Assembly (NCBI GenBank): GCA_963822445.1
Contig: CAWGHO010000001.1
Location: forward strand, 992,001-1,056,000
Length of the DNA: 64,000 nt
DNA from: an uncultured Acidobacteriota bacterium
GTDB lineage: Bacteria > Acidobacteriota > Thermoanaerobaculia > Gp7-AA8
Direction: 5' to 3'
Shown here: piece after piece, positions 39,637 to 47,600 of the stretch
How positions within the stretch are numbered: the stretch's first letter is position 1
Layout: every line of letters begins with the position of its first letter
Notes under the pieces: model-generated
What the model saw: the letters and a program-made list of their open reading frames with translations, nothing else
Databases searched by the model: none
What the model was told of the DNA's origin: nothing
Made by a program: the position numbers and the translations under genes

Positions 39637-40653
39637 ATGGTGAGCTTCGAAAAGGCACCCCCCGAAGCGCGCCAGCTCCTCCCCGTTCGCATCCGCGATC
39701 TCGGCCTCTCGCTGGAAAACTCCCCGGTCGCCGATCTCGTGCGCCGCCTCTACGAAGAGCTCGACGCCAAGGGGCTGAAGCACTTCCGTCCGCTCTGTTA
39801 TCTGTCCGACGAATGGGGCTCGCCGGCCGGTGAGCCTGTCATCGGCATCCCCTTCTACCTCGGCGATCCCCGCGTGGCGAACCTCGAGGACGCGCTCAAC
39901 GACGTCGAGACCGAGCGCGAGGTCATGATGTACCTCCGCCACGAGGCCGGCCACGCGTTCAATCACGCGTACGAGCTCTATCGCACCGACCAGTTCCGCG
40001 GCATCTTCGGTTCGGTGCGCAAACCGTATCGCGACGACTACCCGTTCATCCCCTTCTCCCGCGACTACGTCCGCTACGTCCCCGGCTGGTACGCGCAGAA
40101 GCATCCCGACGAAGACTTCGCCGAGACCTTCGCAGTCTGGCTCGATCCGCATTCGCACTGGCAGTCGCGTTACTCGCGGTGGGGAGCGATCAAGAAACTG
40201 CAGTACGTCGACCGCATTGGCCACGAATGCAGCGACGTCGTGCCGAAACATCGCGGCCGCACCGACATCACCGTCGACGAGATCGACAAGACCGTTGAAG
40301 AGATGCTCCGCGAGTACCACGTCGACGAGTCGCCGATGGTCGCCGATCTCGCGCTCGACGCGGATCTGGTCGATATCTTCTCGGCGCGCAAAGGCGAGTC
40401 CTATCCTGCTTCCGAGTTTCTTCGCGAGCGCCGCCGGGAGATCGTCGACAAAGTTCACTACTGGACCGGCGTGCGGCGTACCCTCGTACGTGCGCTGGTC
40501 GTGTCCATCGAAAAGCAACTCGAAGAACTGGAGCTGGTCGCCATCCGCGAGCGCGCCCGCCAGCAGACCGTCGAGATGACGGTCTACATCACCACACTGT
40601 CGATGACGTTCCTGATGGGCAAGAAACGGCTCCGGCACCGGAGAACGAAATGA
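39637..40653 (+). CDS. Putative zinc-binding metallopeptidase
   Basis: LRHEAGHA, YAQKHPDEDFAETFAVWL. Confidence 0.8.
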   Translation: MVSFEKAPPEARQLLPVRIRDLGLSLENSPVADLVRRLYEELDAKGLKHFRPLCYLSDEWGSPAGEPVIGIPFYLGDPRVANLEDALNDVETEREVMMYLRHEAGHAFNHAYELYRTDQFRGIFGSVRKPYRDDYPFIPFSRDYVRYVPGWYAQKHPDEDFAETFAVWLDPHSHWQSRYSRWGAIKKLQYVDRIGHECSDVVPKHRGRTDITVDEIDKTVEEMLREYHVDESPMVADLALDADLVDIFSARKGESYPASEFLRERRREIVDKVHYWTGVRRTLVRALVVSIEKQLEELELVAIRERARQQTVEMTVYITTLSMTFLMGKKRLRHRRTK

Positions 40654-41669
40654 AGGTGGCCATCCTCTACAACACGTTCGAGGGGTACGAGGAGTATCCC
40701 GGCGCGAACGCGGAAGCAGCTTCGGCTTCGACGAAGAAACCGAAGAAGAAAAAGAAGACCGATCTCGAAGCCATCAGCGACGCGCTGCGCGAGCTCGGTC
40801 ACGAGCCGGAGACGTTTCCGATCGACGGACGGCGGCAGACGCTGACCACGCTCGCCCGCGCGGACATGGATCTCTGTTTCAACCTCGTCGAGTCGTATGC
40901 CGGCGAGGACTCGATGGAGATGCATTTCGCCGCGTTTCTCGATCTGGTCGGGAAGAAGTACACCGGCGCGGGGCCGCACGGGTCGTTCCTGGCGATGGAC
41001 AAGAGCATCGCCAAAAAGATCATGCGCTACCACGACATCCACACCCCTTTCTCCGCGGTCGTCGATCGCGGCCGCCTCGAGCACGCGCAGGACATCGCCT
41101 TTCCGGTCATCGTGAAGCCCGCGGCCGAGGACGCATCGAAAGGCATCGACGCGAGCTCGGTGGTGAGCTCGATCAAGGAGCTGTTCGAGCGCATTTCCTA
41201 CATTCACGACGAGTTCGACTCGGCGGTGCTGATCGAGGAGTACATCGAGGGCCGCGAGATCTACGCCGCAGTCCTCGGCAACGCGAAGCCGGAAGCGCTG
41301 CCGCTGGTCGAGCTCGATCTGTCGAAGCTTCCCGAGGGCATGCCCAGGATCGCCGGGTACGAAGTGAAGTTCGACGTGAATACCGAGGCCTACCGGAAGA
41401 CGAAGTCGGCGCCGGCGCGGGATCTCGATGAGGAGACCACGTCACGCATTCACGAAGCCGCGATCGGCGCGTATCGCGCGCTCAAGCTCCGCGACTACGG
41501 CCGCATCGATCTGCGTCTCGCGGCGAACGGCAAGATGTACGTGATCGAGGCGAACCCGAATCCCTGGCTCGATCCGGCCGCGGAGTTCACCATGGCCGCG
41601 AAGGAAAGCGGCCGGTCGTACACGCAGTTGATCGGGGAGATCGTGGAACTGGCGATGGCGCGGTATTGA
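40650..41669 (+). CDS. D-Ala-D-Ala ligase-like ATP-grasp protein
   Basis: YTGAGP, MDKSIAK, FPVIVKP, IEEYIEGRE, YGRIDLR, IEANPNP. Confidence 0.85.
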   Translation: MKVAILYNTFEGYEEYPGANAEAASASTKKPKKKKKTDLEAISDALRELGHEPETFPIDGRRQTLTTLARADMDLCFNLVESYAGEDSMEMHFAAFLDLVGKKYTGAGPHGSFLAMDKSIAKKIMRYHDIHTPFSAVVDRGRLEHAQDIAFPVIVKPAAEDASKGIDASSVVSSIKELFERISYIHDEFDSAVLIEEYIEGREIYAAVLGNAKPEALPLVELDLSKLPEGMPRIAGYEVKFDVNTEAYRKTKSAPARDLDEETTSRIHEAAIGAYRALKLRDYGRIDLRLAANGKMYVIEANPNPWLDPAAEFTMAAKESGRSYTQLIGEIVELAMARY

Positions 41670-41737
41670 ACGTAGAGCAGACACTCCTGTCTGCTCCGTT
41701 TGCCTTGAACGCAGACAGGAGTGTCTGCTCTACGTTC
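41668..41737. repeat. REP-like perfect inverted repeat between convergent genes
   Basis: gaacgtagagcagacactcctgtctgc..gcagacaggagtgtctgctctacgttc. Confidence 0.85.
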
Positions 41738-42965
41738 GAATCCGGCCCGGATACTTCTGCAAAGCCGCACGCAACACTTCGATCGACGCGCGCAGGTCGT
41801 CCTCTTTGAGCACGTACGCGATCCGCACTTCGCTCTTTCCGAGCGGCGACGCGTAGAACCCGCTGGCCGGCGCGAGCATCACCGTCGCCTTCTCGTGCTC
41901 GAACTCGGAAAGCAGCCAGATCGCGAAATCGTCCGCGTCCGCGACCGGCAGTTTGGCCACGCAGTAAAACGCCCCTTCCGGTTTCGAGAGGAAGACGCCG
42001 GGGATCGACGTCAGCCCTTCGTAGAGCACGTCGCGGCGGCGCTGATACTCGGTGACGACGCCGCTGGTGTATTCGTCGCCGAGGGTTTCGGCGCCGACGG
42101 CGATGAACTGGGCGAGCCCCGGCGGTGAGAGTCGCCCCTGGGCCATGCGCAGCGCGGAGTCGTAGATCTCGGCATTGCGGGTGACGAGCGATCCAAGTCG
42201 GATGCCGCAGGCGCTGTAGCGCTTGGAGAGACTGTCGACGACGACCACCAGGTCGTCCATGCCCTGCAGTTCCAGCGCGCTGACGGCCTTGCGCCCGTCG
42301 TAGACGAACTCGCGATACACCTCGTCGGACACGAGAAAGAGTCCATGCTCGCGGCAGAACGCGGCCACCATCTCCAGCTCTTCACGTTTGAAAACGGTCC
42401 CCGTCGGATTGCTCGGATTGCAGACGATGACGATGCGAGTGCGCGGCGTGAGCGCCCGCTCCCAGACGTCGCGCGGCGGCAGATGGAAGCCGTCGCGGCC
42501 GCGGCTCGTGACCGGGACGATGTTGAGTCCGGCCATGGTCGCGAAGGCGCGATAGTTCGCGTAAAACGGCTCGATGACCAGCACGTCATCGCCTTCGTTC
42601 GCGCAGGCGATGAAGGCGAAGAGGATCGCTTCGCTGCCGCCGGTCGTGGCCAGGATCTGATTCGTTTCGAGGTTCAGCCCGACCCGCTTTTCGTAGTAGC
42701 GCTTGAGCGAGCGGATGAACTCCGGCGTTCCGGTGGAAGGCGAATATTCGAGCACCCGCGAGTCGATCTGCTTGAGCCGGTCGCGGATGCAGGCCGGCGT
42801 TTCGATGTCCGGCTGGCCGATGTTGAGGTGGTAGACGCGCGTTCCCCGCGCCTTGGCCGCTTCGGCCAAAGGCGCGAGTTTACGGATGGGCGAGGCAGGC
42901 ATGGCCAACGCGCGCCGGGACAGCATCGGCGCGCGGCCGGTCTCGAGCTCGTGAAGCGACGTCAT
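41730..42965 (-). CDS. Class I PLP-dependent (aspartate-type) aminotransferase
   Basis: LNIGQPD, NPSNPTG, SDEVYREF, DSLSKRYSACGIRLG. Confidence 0.9.
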   Translation of the reverse strand: MTSLHELETGRAPMLSRRALAMPASPIRKLAPLAEAAKARGTRVYHLNIGQPDIETPACIRDRLKQIDSRVLEYSPSTGTPEFIRSLKRYYEKRVGLNLETNQILATTGGSEAILFAFIACANEGDDVLVIEPFYANYRAFATMAGLNIVPVTSRGRDGFHLPPRDVWERALTPRTRIVIVCNPSNPTGTVFKREELEMVAAFCREHGLFLVSDEVYREFVYDGRKAVSALELQGMDDLVVVVDSLSKRYSACGIRLGSLVTRNAEIYDSALRMAQGRLSPPGLAQFIAVGAETLGDEYTSGVVTEYQRRRDVLYEGLTSIPGVFLSKPEGAFYCVAKLPVADADDFAIWLLSEFEHEKATVMLAPASGFYASPLGKSEVRIAYVLKEDDLRASIEVLRAALQKYPGRIRT

Positions 42966-43139
42966 CTATTTCTTTTTGGCCGATCGTTTGACCGCGGGAT
43001 GGTCCTTCTTGTCGTTCTGCGGGAGAGGGTCGCGGTCCTGCCCGAGGTTGTTCCCCAGCGCGTCGCCACGGTCGGGCCCGTCAGTCTGGCTGCGGCCGCC
43101 AATCTTGTAAAAGTCCTGGTTTGGATTCTGTTTGCTCAT
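42966..43139 (-). CDS. Small hydrophilic protein (57 aa), absent from the ORF track
   Basis: MSKQNPNQDFYKIGGRSQTDG..RSAKKK; TAG directly abuts the aminotransferase ATG. Confidence 0.6.
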   Translation of the reverse strand: MSKQNPNQDFYKIGGRSQTDGPDRGDALGNNLGQDRDPLPQNDKKDHPAVKRSAKKK

Positions 43140-43166
43140 GGGGCTGGATGGTGCGAAGGATGTGCC

Positions 43167-43260
43167 GTTACGGGGTCGCGGGGTTACGGGGTTTCGAGGT
43201 ATCGGTCTCGCGACGAGACAGCATCACCTCGTAACCCCGCAACCCCGAAACCCCGTAACC
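43167..43260. repeat. Inverted array of 8-bp tandem units (CGGGGTTN / NAACCCCG)
   Basis: About four units per arm with an inner hairpin gtctcg/cgagac. Confidence 0.8.
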
Positions 43261-43261
43261 G

Positions 43262-45454
43262 TCACTTCAGCAACTCCCTCCTGATGAAATCCAGCATCAA
43301 CCCCTGCAGATGAAACTGCGTCTTCTTGTTCGTCACCGAATGCCGGGTTTTCGGATAGATCATCATCTCGAACGGTTTGCCGTGTTGCACCAGCTCGTGC
43401 GCGAACTGCATCGTGTTCTGTACGTGCACGTTGTCGTCGGTCGCGCCGTGAATGAGCAGCAGCTTGCCGTGGAGATTCTTCGCGGCGAAGCGCGGTGACG
43501 CGTTCTCATAGCCGTCGGGGTTGTTCTGGGGCGTGAGCATGTAGCGCTCGGTGTAGATCGAGTCGTAATCACGCCAGTCGGTGACCGAGCCGCCGGCGAT
43601 TCCCGCCGAGAACGAAGTGCTGTGGGTCATCGCGTACGTGACCATGAATCCGCCGTAGCTCCAGCCGCTGAGCATGAAGCGGCTGCCGTCGACATACGGT
43701 TGCTGCTTCAGCCAGGCGGTCGAGTCTTCGAGATCGCGCAGCTCGCTCGCGCCGAGGTTCTTGTACGCCTCCCAGGTCGAGGCCGCGCCCTTGCCACTGG
43801 CCGTGCGGTTGTCGCACACCCAGACGATCACCCCCTGCTGGGCGATGAGCTGGTGAAACATGCCGCGCGTGCTGCCCCAGGCGTTGCGCACGCTCTGCGC
43901 GTGCGGACCGCCGTACAGGTACTGATAGACGGGGTACTTCTTCGACGGATCGAAGTTCGGCGGCTTGATCATCATCGCTTCCATGACGAAGCCGTCGCGG
44001 GTCTTGACCTGCATGAACTCCGCGTTCGCGAGCTGGTATTCGGCGAGCGCGGGTACGCGGTTTTCCTCGACGACGTGCACGACCTTGCCGTCGTTGCGAT
44101 GCACGCGGACCTGATCGGGCGTCCGGATGTCGTTCCACTTGCCGACGTAATGCGTCATCGACGCGTTGAACGTCGCCGAATTCGTCCCAGCCTCGGAGGA
44201 AAGCCGCTGCAGCCCTGTTCCGTTGAGGCGGATGCGATAGATGTCACCGCCGATGTGCGACCGCTCGGTGCCTGAAAAGTAGGCGTATGTTCCGTCGGTT
44301 CCGTGGAGGTCTCGCGCTTCCCACTCGCCGTTCGTCACCTGGCGGATCAGCGTGCCGTCGGCTTTGTAGTGGTAGATGTGCCGCCAGCCGCTGCGCTCGG
44401 ACAGCCAGAGGAACGTGCCGTCTTTGAGCCAGACCGGATTGCCGAGGGCTTCGACCTGGGCTTTGGTGGTTTCGCGGAAGAGCGTGCGGGATTTTCCGTC
44501 AGCATCCGCGGCGACGAGATCGAGCCAGCTCTGTTCGCGATTCTGAACCTCATACACCAGCGTCTTTCCGTCGGCGGTCCAGGCCACGTTGACGATGAGG
44601 AACTCGCCGCCGTCGTAGCGCGCGAGATCGACGTCGACGATCTTGCCACCCGCGGCCAGCGCGACCTTGAGCGCGACGCGCGGATTGGGATCGCCCGCTT
44701 TCGGATAGGGATAGACATTGAGGTCCGCGCGATACGGGATGTCGTCGACGACCGTGTACTCCGGCACCGGCGTCTCATCGAGCTGCAGGAAGGCGATGCG
44801 CGTCGAATCGGGACTCCACCAGTATCCCTTCCACGTTCCGCGGCCGTAGATCTCCTCCTGGTAAACCCAGTCGAGCTTTCCGTTGAGCTTCTTCGCGCTG
44901 CCGTCCGTGGTCAGCCGCCGCTCCTGGCCGGCGAGATCGGTCACGAACAGGTCGTTGTTTCGCACGAACGCCACGCGCTGCCCGTCGGGACTGAAGGTCG
45001 CCTCTTCCTCTTCACCCGGCGTGGATGTGAGTCGCCTGGCCGTGCCGCCGGTGAAGGAGTACAGATAGATGTCGTCGGCGATGTCGAGCAGCACCGCGGT
45101 CTTCTTCGCGTCGAACACCAGGTCGCTCGACTCTGCCGCTTCCATGGCCGCCTTCGTGGCCAATCCCGTTCCCTCCAGCGCTTGGGCAACCTTGGCGCGA
45201 TTGATCAAGGGCCGCTGTTTGCCGGTGGTGACGTCGAACAGCCGCCACTCCACGAATGTCCCCTGCTCGTTCTTTTTCGGCCAGATGAACGTGGTGTCGT
45301 CGATCCAGTCGAAACCGCTCTGAATGGCGCCGCTGAAGAGCACTCTCGTGGTGGGGTCGTAGACCGCCTCGAGGGTGATCTCCTTTTTCTGAGCGGCGAG
45401 CGGTGTGACGAGGAGGAGGAGGAAGAAAAGAGGTGCAATGGTCGGTCGGCGCAT
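43262..45454 (-). CDS. Dipeptidyl peptidase IV (S9B) family peptidase
   Basis: DWVYQEEI, YPKAGDPNP, YGGP, GWSYGG, DDNVH. Confidence 0.92.
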   Translation of the reverse strand: MRRPTIAPLFFLLLLVTPLAAQKKEITLEAVYDPTTRVLFSGAIQSGFDWIDDTTFIWPKKNEQGTFVEWRLFDVTTGKQRPLINRAKVAQALEGTGLATKAAMEAAESSDLVFDAKKTAVLLDIADDIYLYSFTGGTARRLTSTPGEEEEATFSPDGQRVAFVRNNDLFVTDLAGQERRLTTDGSAKKLNGKLDWVYQEEIYGRGTWKGYWWSPDSTRIAFLQLDETPVPEYTVVDDIPYRADLNVYPYPKAGDPNPRVALKVALAAGGKIVDVDLARYDGGEFLIVNVAWTADGKTLVYEVQNREQSWLDLVAADADGKSRTLFRETTKAQVEALGNPVWLKDGTFLWLSERSGWRHIYHYKADGTLIRQVTNGEWEARDLHGTDGTYAYFSGTERSHIGGDIYRIRLNGTGLQRLSSEAGTNSATFNASMTHYVGKWNDIRTPDQVRVHRNDGKVVHVVEENRVPALAEYQLANAEFMQVKTRDGFVMEAMMIKPPNFDPSKKYPVYQYLYGGPHAQSVRNAWGSTRGMFHQLIAQQGVIVWVCDNRTASGKGAASTWEAYKNLGASELRDLEDSTAWLKQQPYVDGSRFMLSGWSYGGFMVTYAMTHSTSFSAGIAGGSVTDWRDYDSIYTERYMLTPQNNPDGYENASPRFAAKNLHGKLLLIHGATDDNVHVQNTMQFAHELVQHGKPFEMMIYPKTRHSVTNKKTQFHLQGLMLDFIRRELLK

Positions 45455-45485
45455 GCGCGCGCGAGTCTATCTATACTGAGCTGCC

Positions 45486-46205
45486 ATGCGGAAACTCGCC
45501 GTCATTGCCTTGCTCTGGGCGTCTCTGGCCCACGCGCAGATCTCGCAGAAGCCGCCCGATCTGGTCGTGCCGATCGTCGGCTCGACCGCGGGGCAGTCCG
45601 GCGCGAGCTTCAAGACGGAACTGCAGCTTGCGAACGCGACCGACACCCCGATCGAAGGGTGGCTGGTCCTGCAGCCCACGAATACCGCGCGCCGCTACGA
45701 GCTTCCGCCCGGCGCCACGCTTTCCTTCGCCGACGTGGTCGCGGAGATGGGCGTCACCGGCCTAGGGTCGCTGGACATCCTCGTCGACCGCGGCGCGCTT
45801 CCCATCGTGGTCGCCCGCGCGTACGACGATCAGCCTTCCGGCACGACCGGCGTCACCGTTCCGGCGATCCGGTCCATCGATATCCTCTCCCGCAACGACG
45901 TCTCCGCGCTGATCGTGCCCCGTGACCTGACCCGCTATCGCTTCAACATCGGCGTCCGCGCCCTCGGCACGGGCACATCGATCGACATCGCCGTTCGCAC
46001 TCCCGCCGGAACCGAGCGGCATTACGCGAGCTTCGTCCTGCAACCGAATCACTTCGCGCAGACGCCCGCCGACCTCTTCACCGGAACGACGCTGAGCGCG
46101 AACGAATCGATCGAGGTAAAGATCACCGCCGGCAGCGCGATCGTGTACGCGACGACGGTCGACAACCGGACGAACGACTCGTCGATTCAGGTGTTGAGGA
46201 AGTAG
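45486..46205 (+). CDS. Secreted hypothetical protein; single copy of the domain repeated at the C-terminus of the 24886-28500 protein
   Basis: Signal peptide; PIVGSTAGQSGASFKTELQL..RAY..YRFNIG..YATTVDNRTND. Confidence 0.7.
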   Translation: MRKLAVIALLWASLAHAQISQKPPDLVVPIVGSTAGQSGASFKTELQLANATDTPIEGWLVLQPTNTARRYELPPGATLSFADVVAEMGVTGLGSLDILVDRGALPIVVARAYDDQPSGTTGVTVPAIRSIDILSRNDVSALIVPRDLTRYRFNIGVRALGTGTSIDIAVRTPAGTERHYASFVLQPNHFAQTPADLFTGTTLSANESIEVKITAGSAIVYATTVDNRTNDSSIQVLRK

Positions 46206-46206
46206 C

Positions 46207-46515
46207 GTGGAGACGCATCAGGACATCGACCGGCGAAGCCTGGAGATGGCGCGCCAGATCGTTGCGAAGATCGACGGCGACCCGCATCGGGCCGGGCTCG
46301 AGCGTGCGAAGCGCGTCTGCCAACGATGGGTCGAGATTGGCAATGTTCCGGCGAGGGAGTGGCTGAAGCTTCTCGAACGGCCGTGGGAAGAAGTGCGAGC
46401 GATCCTTCTGGATGAAAGTGATGAGGGACAGAGGCTTCGCCAGAATGATCCTTTCTGCGGCATCCTCACCCCCATCGAGCGGTGGCAAATTTATCGGAAG
46501 GCATCGGGCAAATGA
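46207..46515 (+). CDS. Small protein, putative antitoxin partner
   Basis: DRRSL..LRQNDPFCGILTPIERW; ATGA overlap with next gene. Confidence 0.6.
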   Translation: METHQDIDRRSLEMARQIVAKIDGDPHRAGLERAKRVCQRWVEIGNVPAREWLKLLERPWEEVRAILLDESDEGQRLRQNDPFCGILTPIERWQIYRKASGK

Positions 46516-47048
46516 AGCGGAGTGAGCTCGAGCATGTCTTGCGCGCCGCAGGTGCGATCACCGGCATAAACGAGTGGGTAGTCATCGGCAGTCAGGCAAT
46601 CCTCGGCGCGCGCCCGGACGCGCCTGAAGAAGTCGTCGTGTCGCAGGAAGTCGACCTCTACGCCCCCGACGACGAAAGCGCGAGTGATCTCATCGACGGA
46701 TCGATCGGAGAAAAATCGCCTTTCCACGACACGTTCGGCTACTACGCGCACGGCGTAGGTCCGCGAACGGCCGTGTTACCTCGGGAGTGGCGCAGCCGTG
46801 CGAGCGTGATTCGCTCGGACGAGACACGCGGCGTCACCGGTCTCTGCCCCGATCCGGCGGACCTCGCGGTGAGCAAACTGGCGGCTTGGCGCGAGAAGGA
46901 CCAGTCCTTCGTTCAAGCCCTGTTACGTCATCGGCTCACTACTTCACACGAGATCGAATCGCGCCTCGGCGAGCTTGATCCCGGAACGGCCGCACGGGTA
47001 CGCCCCCGCCTCGCTTCCGCCATCGCCGGCGTTCAAGGCCTCCGCTAA
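46512..47048 (+). CDS. DUF6036-like nucleotidyltransferase, putative toxin
   Basis: Start MKRSELEHVLRAA at 46512; VIGSQAILG, S.EVD, FHDTFGYYAHGV, KLAAWREKD. Confidence 0.7.
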   Translation: MKRSELEHVLRAAGAITGINEWVVIGSQAILGARPDAPEEVVVSQEVDLYAPDDESASDLIDGSIGEKSPFHDTFGYYAHGVGPRTAVLPREWRSRASVIRSDETRGVTGLCPDPADLAVSKLAAWREKDQSFVQALLRHRLTTSHEIESRLGELDPGTAARVRPRLASAIAGVQGLR

Positions 47049-47092
47049 CCTTTCCCACCCACCCGCGTATTGACTGTTCGGGAGACCTCCGA

Positions 47093-47584
47093 ATGCGCAC
47101 GCTCGTCCTGATCCTCTGTTCGATCCTCATCGCTCTGCCGGTCGCGGCGGGCACGACCTCGCTGCAGATCACCCGTAACGACGAGGACAGCTTCGCGAAG
47201 TGGGAGCGGAACGGCGTCCGCTACATCACGCACGACCAATCGGTCCTCGCCGCGATCGACCGTCTCGTCGAGCAGCGGCGCGCCCACGCCGACCTGGGCC
47301 GCAGACACGCCGACCTGGGCCGCGACTACGCCGCACACGGCCGCGAGCACGCCCGCCTTGCGCGCGAACATGCTCGTGCAAGCAATGGCCGGAAGAGCGA
47401 GATCGAAGCTGACCTGCGCGCGATCGAGCGCAAACAGCGCGAGCTCGAGAGCCGCCGTAACCGGCTGGAGCTGGAGCGAAAGCAGCTCGAAAAGACGCGC
47501 GACTCGTCCCGCGACACCTTCGACGACAGGATGGACGAGCTCTTCGAGCGCGCCGTTCGCGAAGGCAAGGCCAAGCGGCGTTAG
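47093..47584 (+). CDS. Secreted coiled-coil hypothetical protein
   Basis: Signal peptide; heptad repeats HADLGRR, LE.E..QLE. Confidence 0.65.
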   Translation: MRTLVLILCSILIALPVAAGTTSLQITRNDEDSFAKWERNGVRYITHDQSVLAAIDRLVEQRRAHADLGRRHADLGRDYAAHGREHARLAREHARASNGRKSEIEADLRAIERKQRELESRRNRLELERKQLEKTRDSSRDTFDDRMDELFERAVREGKAKRR

Positions 47585-47600
47585 CGGGAAGCGGCGGCCG

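Noticed and set aside
40650-41669. Canonical ddl or van-type resistance ligase
   Set aside because: Lacks the N-terminal GG.S.E motif and any dcw or van gene context
47285-47325. 21-bp direct repeat cacgccgacctgggccgc
   Set aside because: In-frame heptad repeat of a coiled-coil protein; only two copies, not an array
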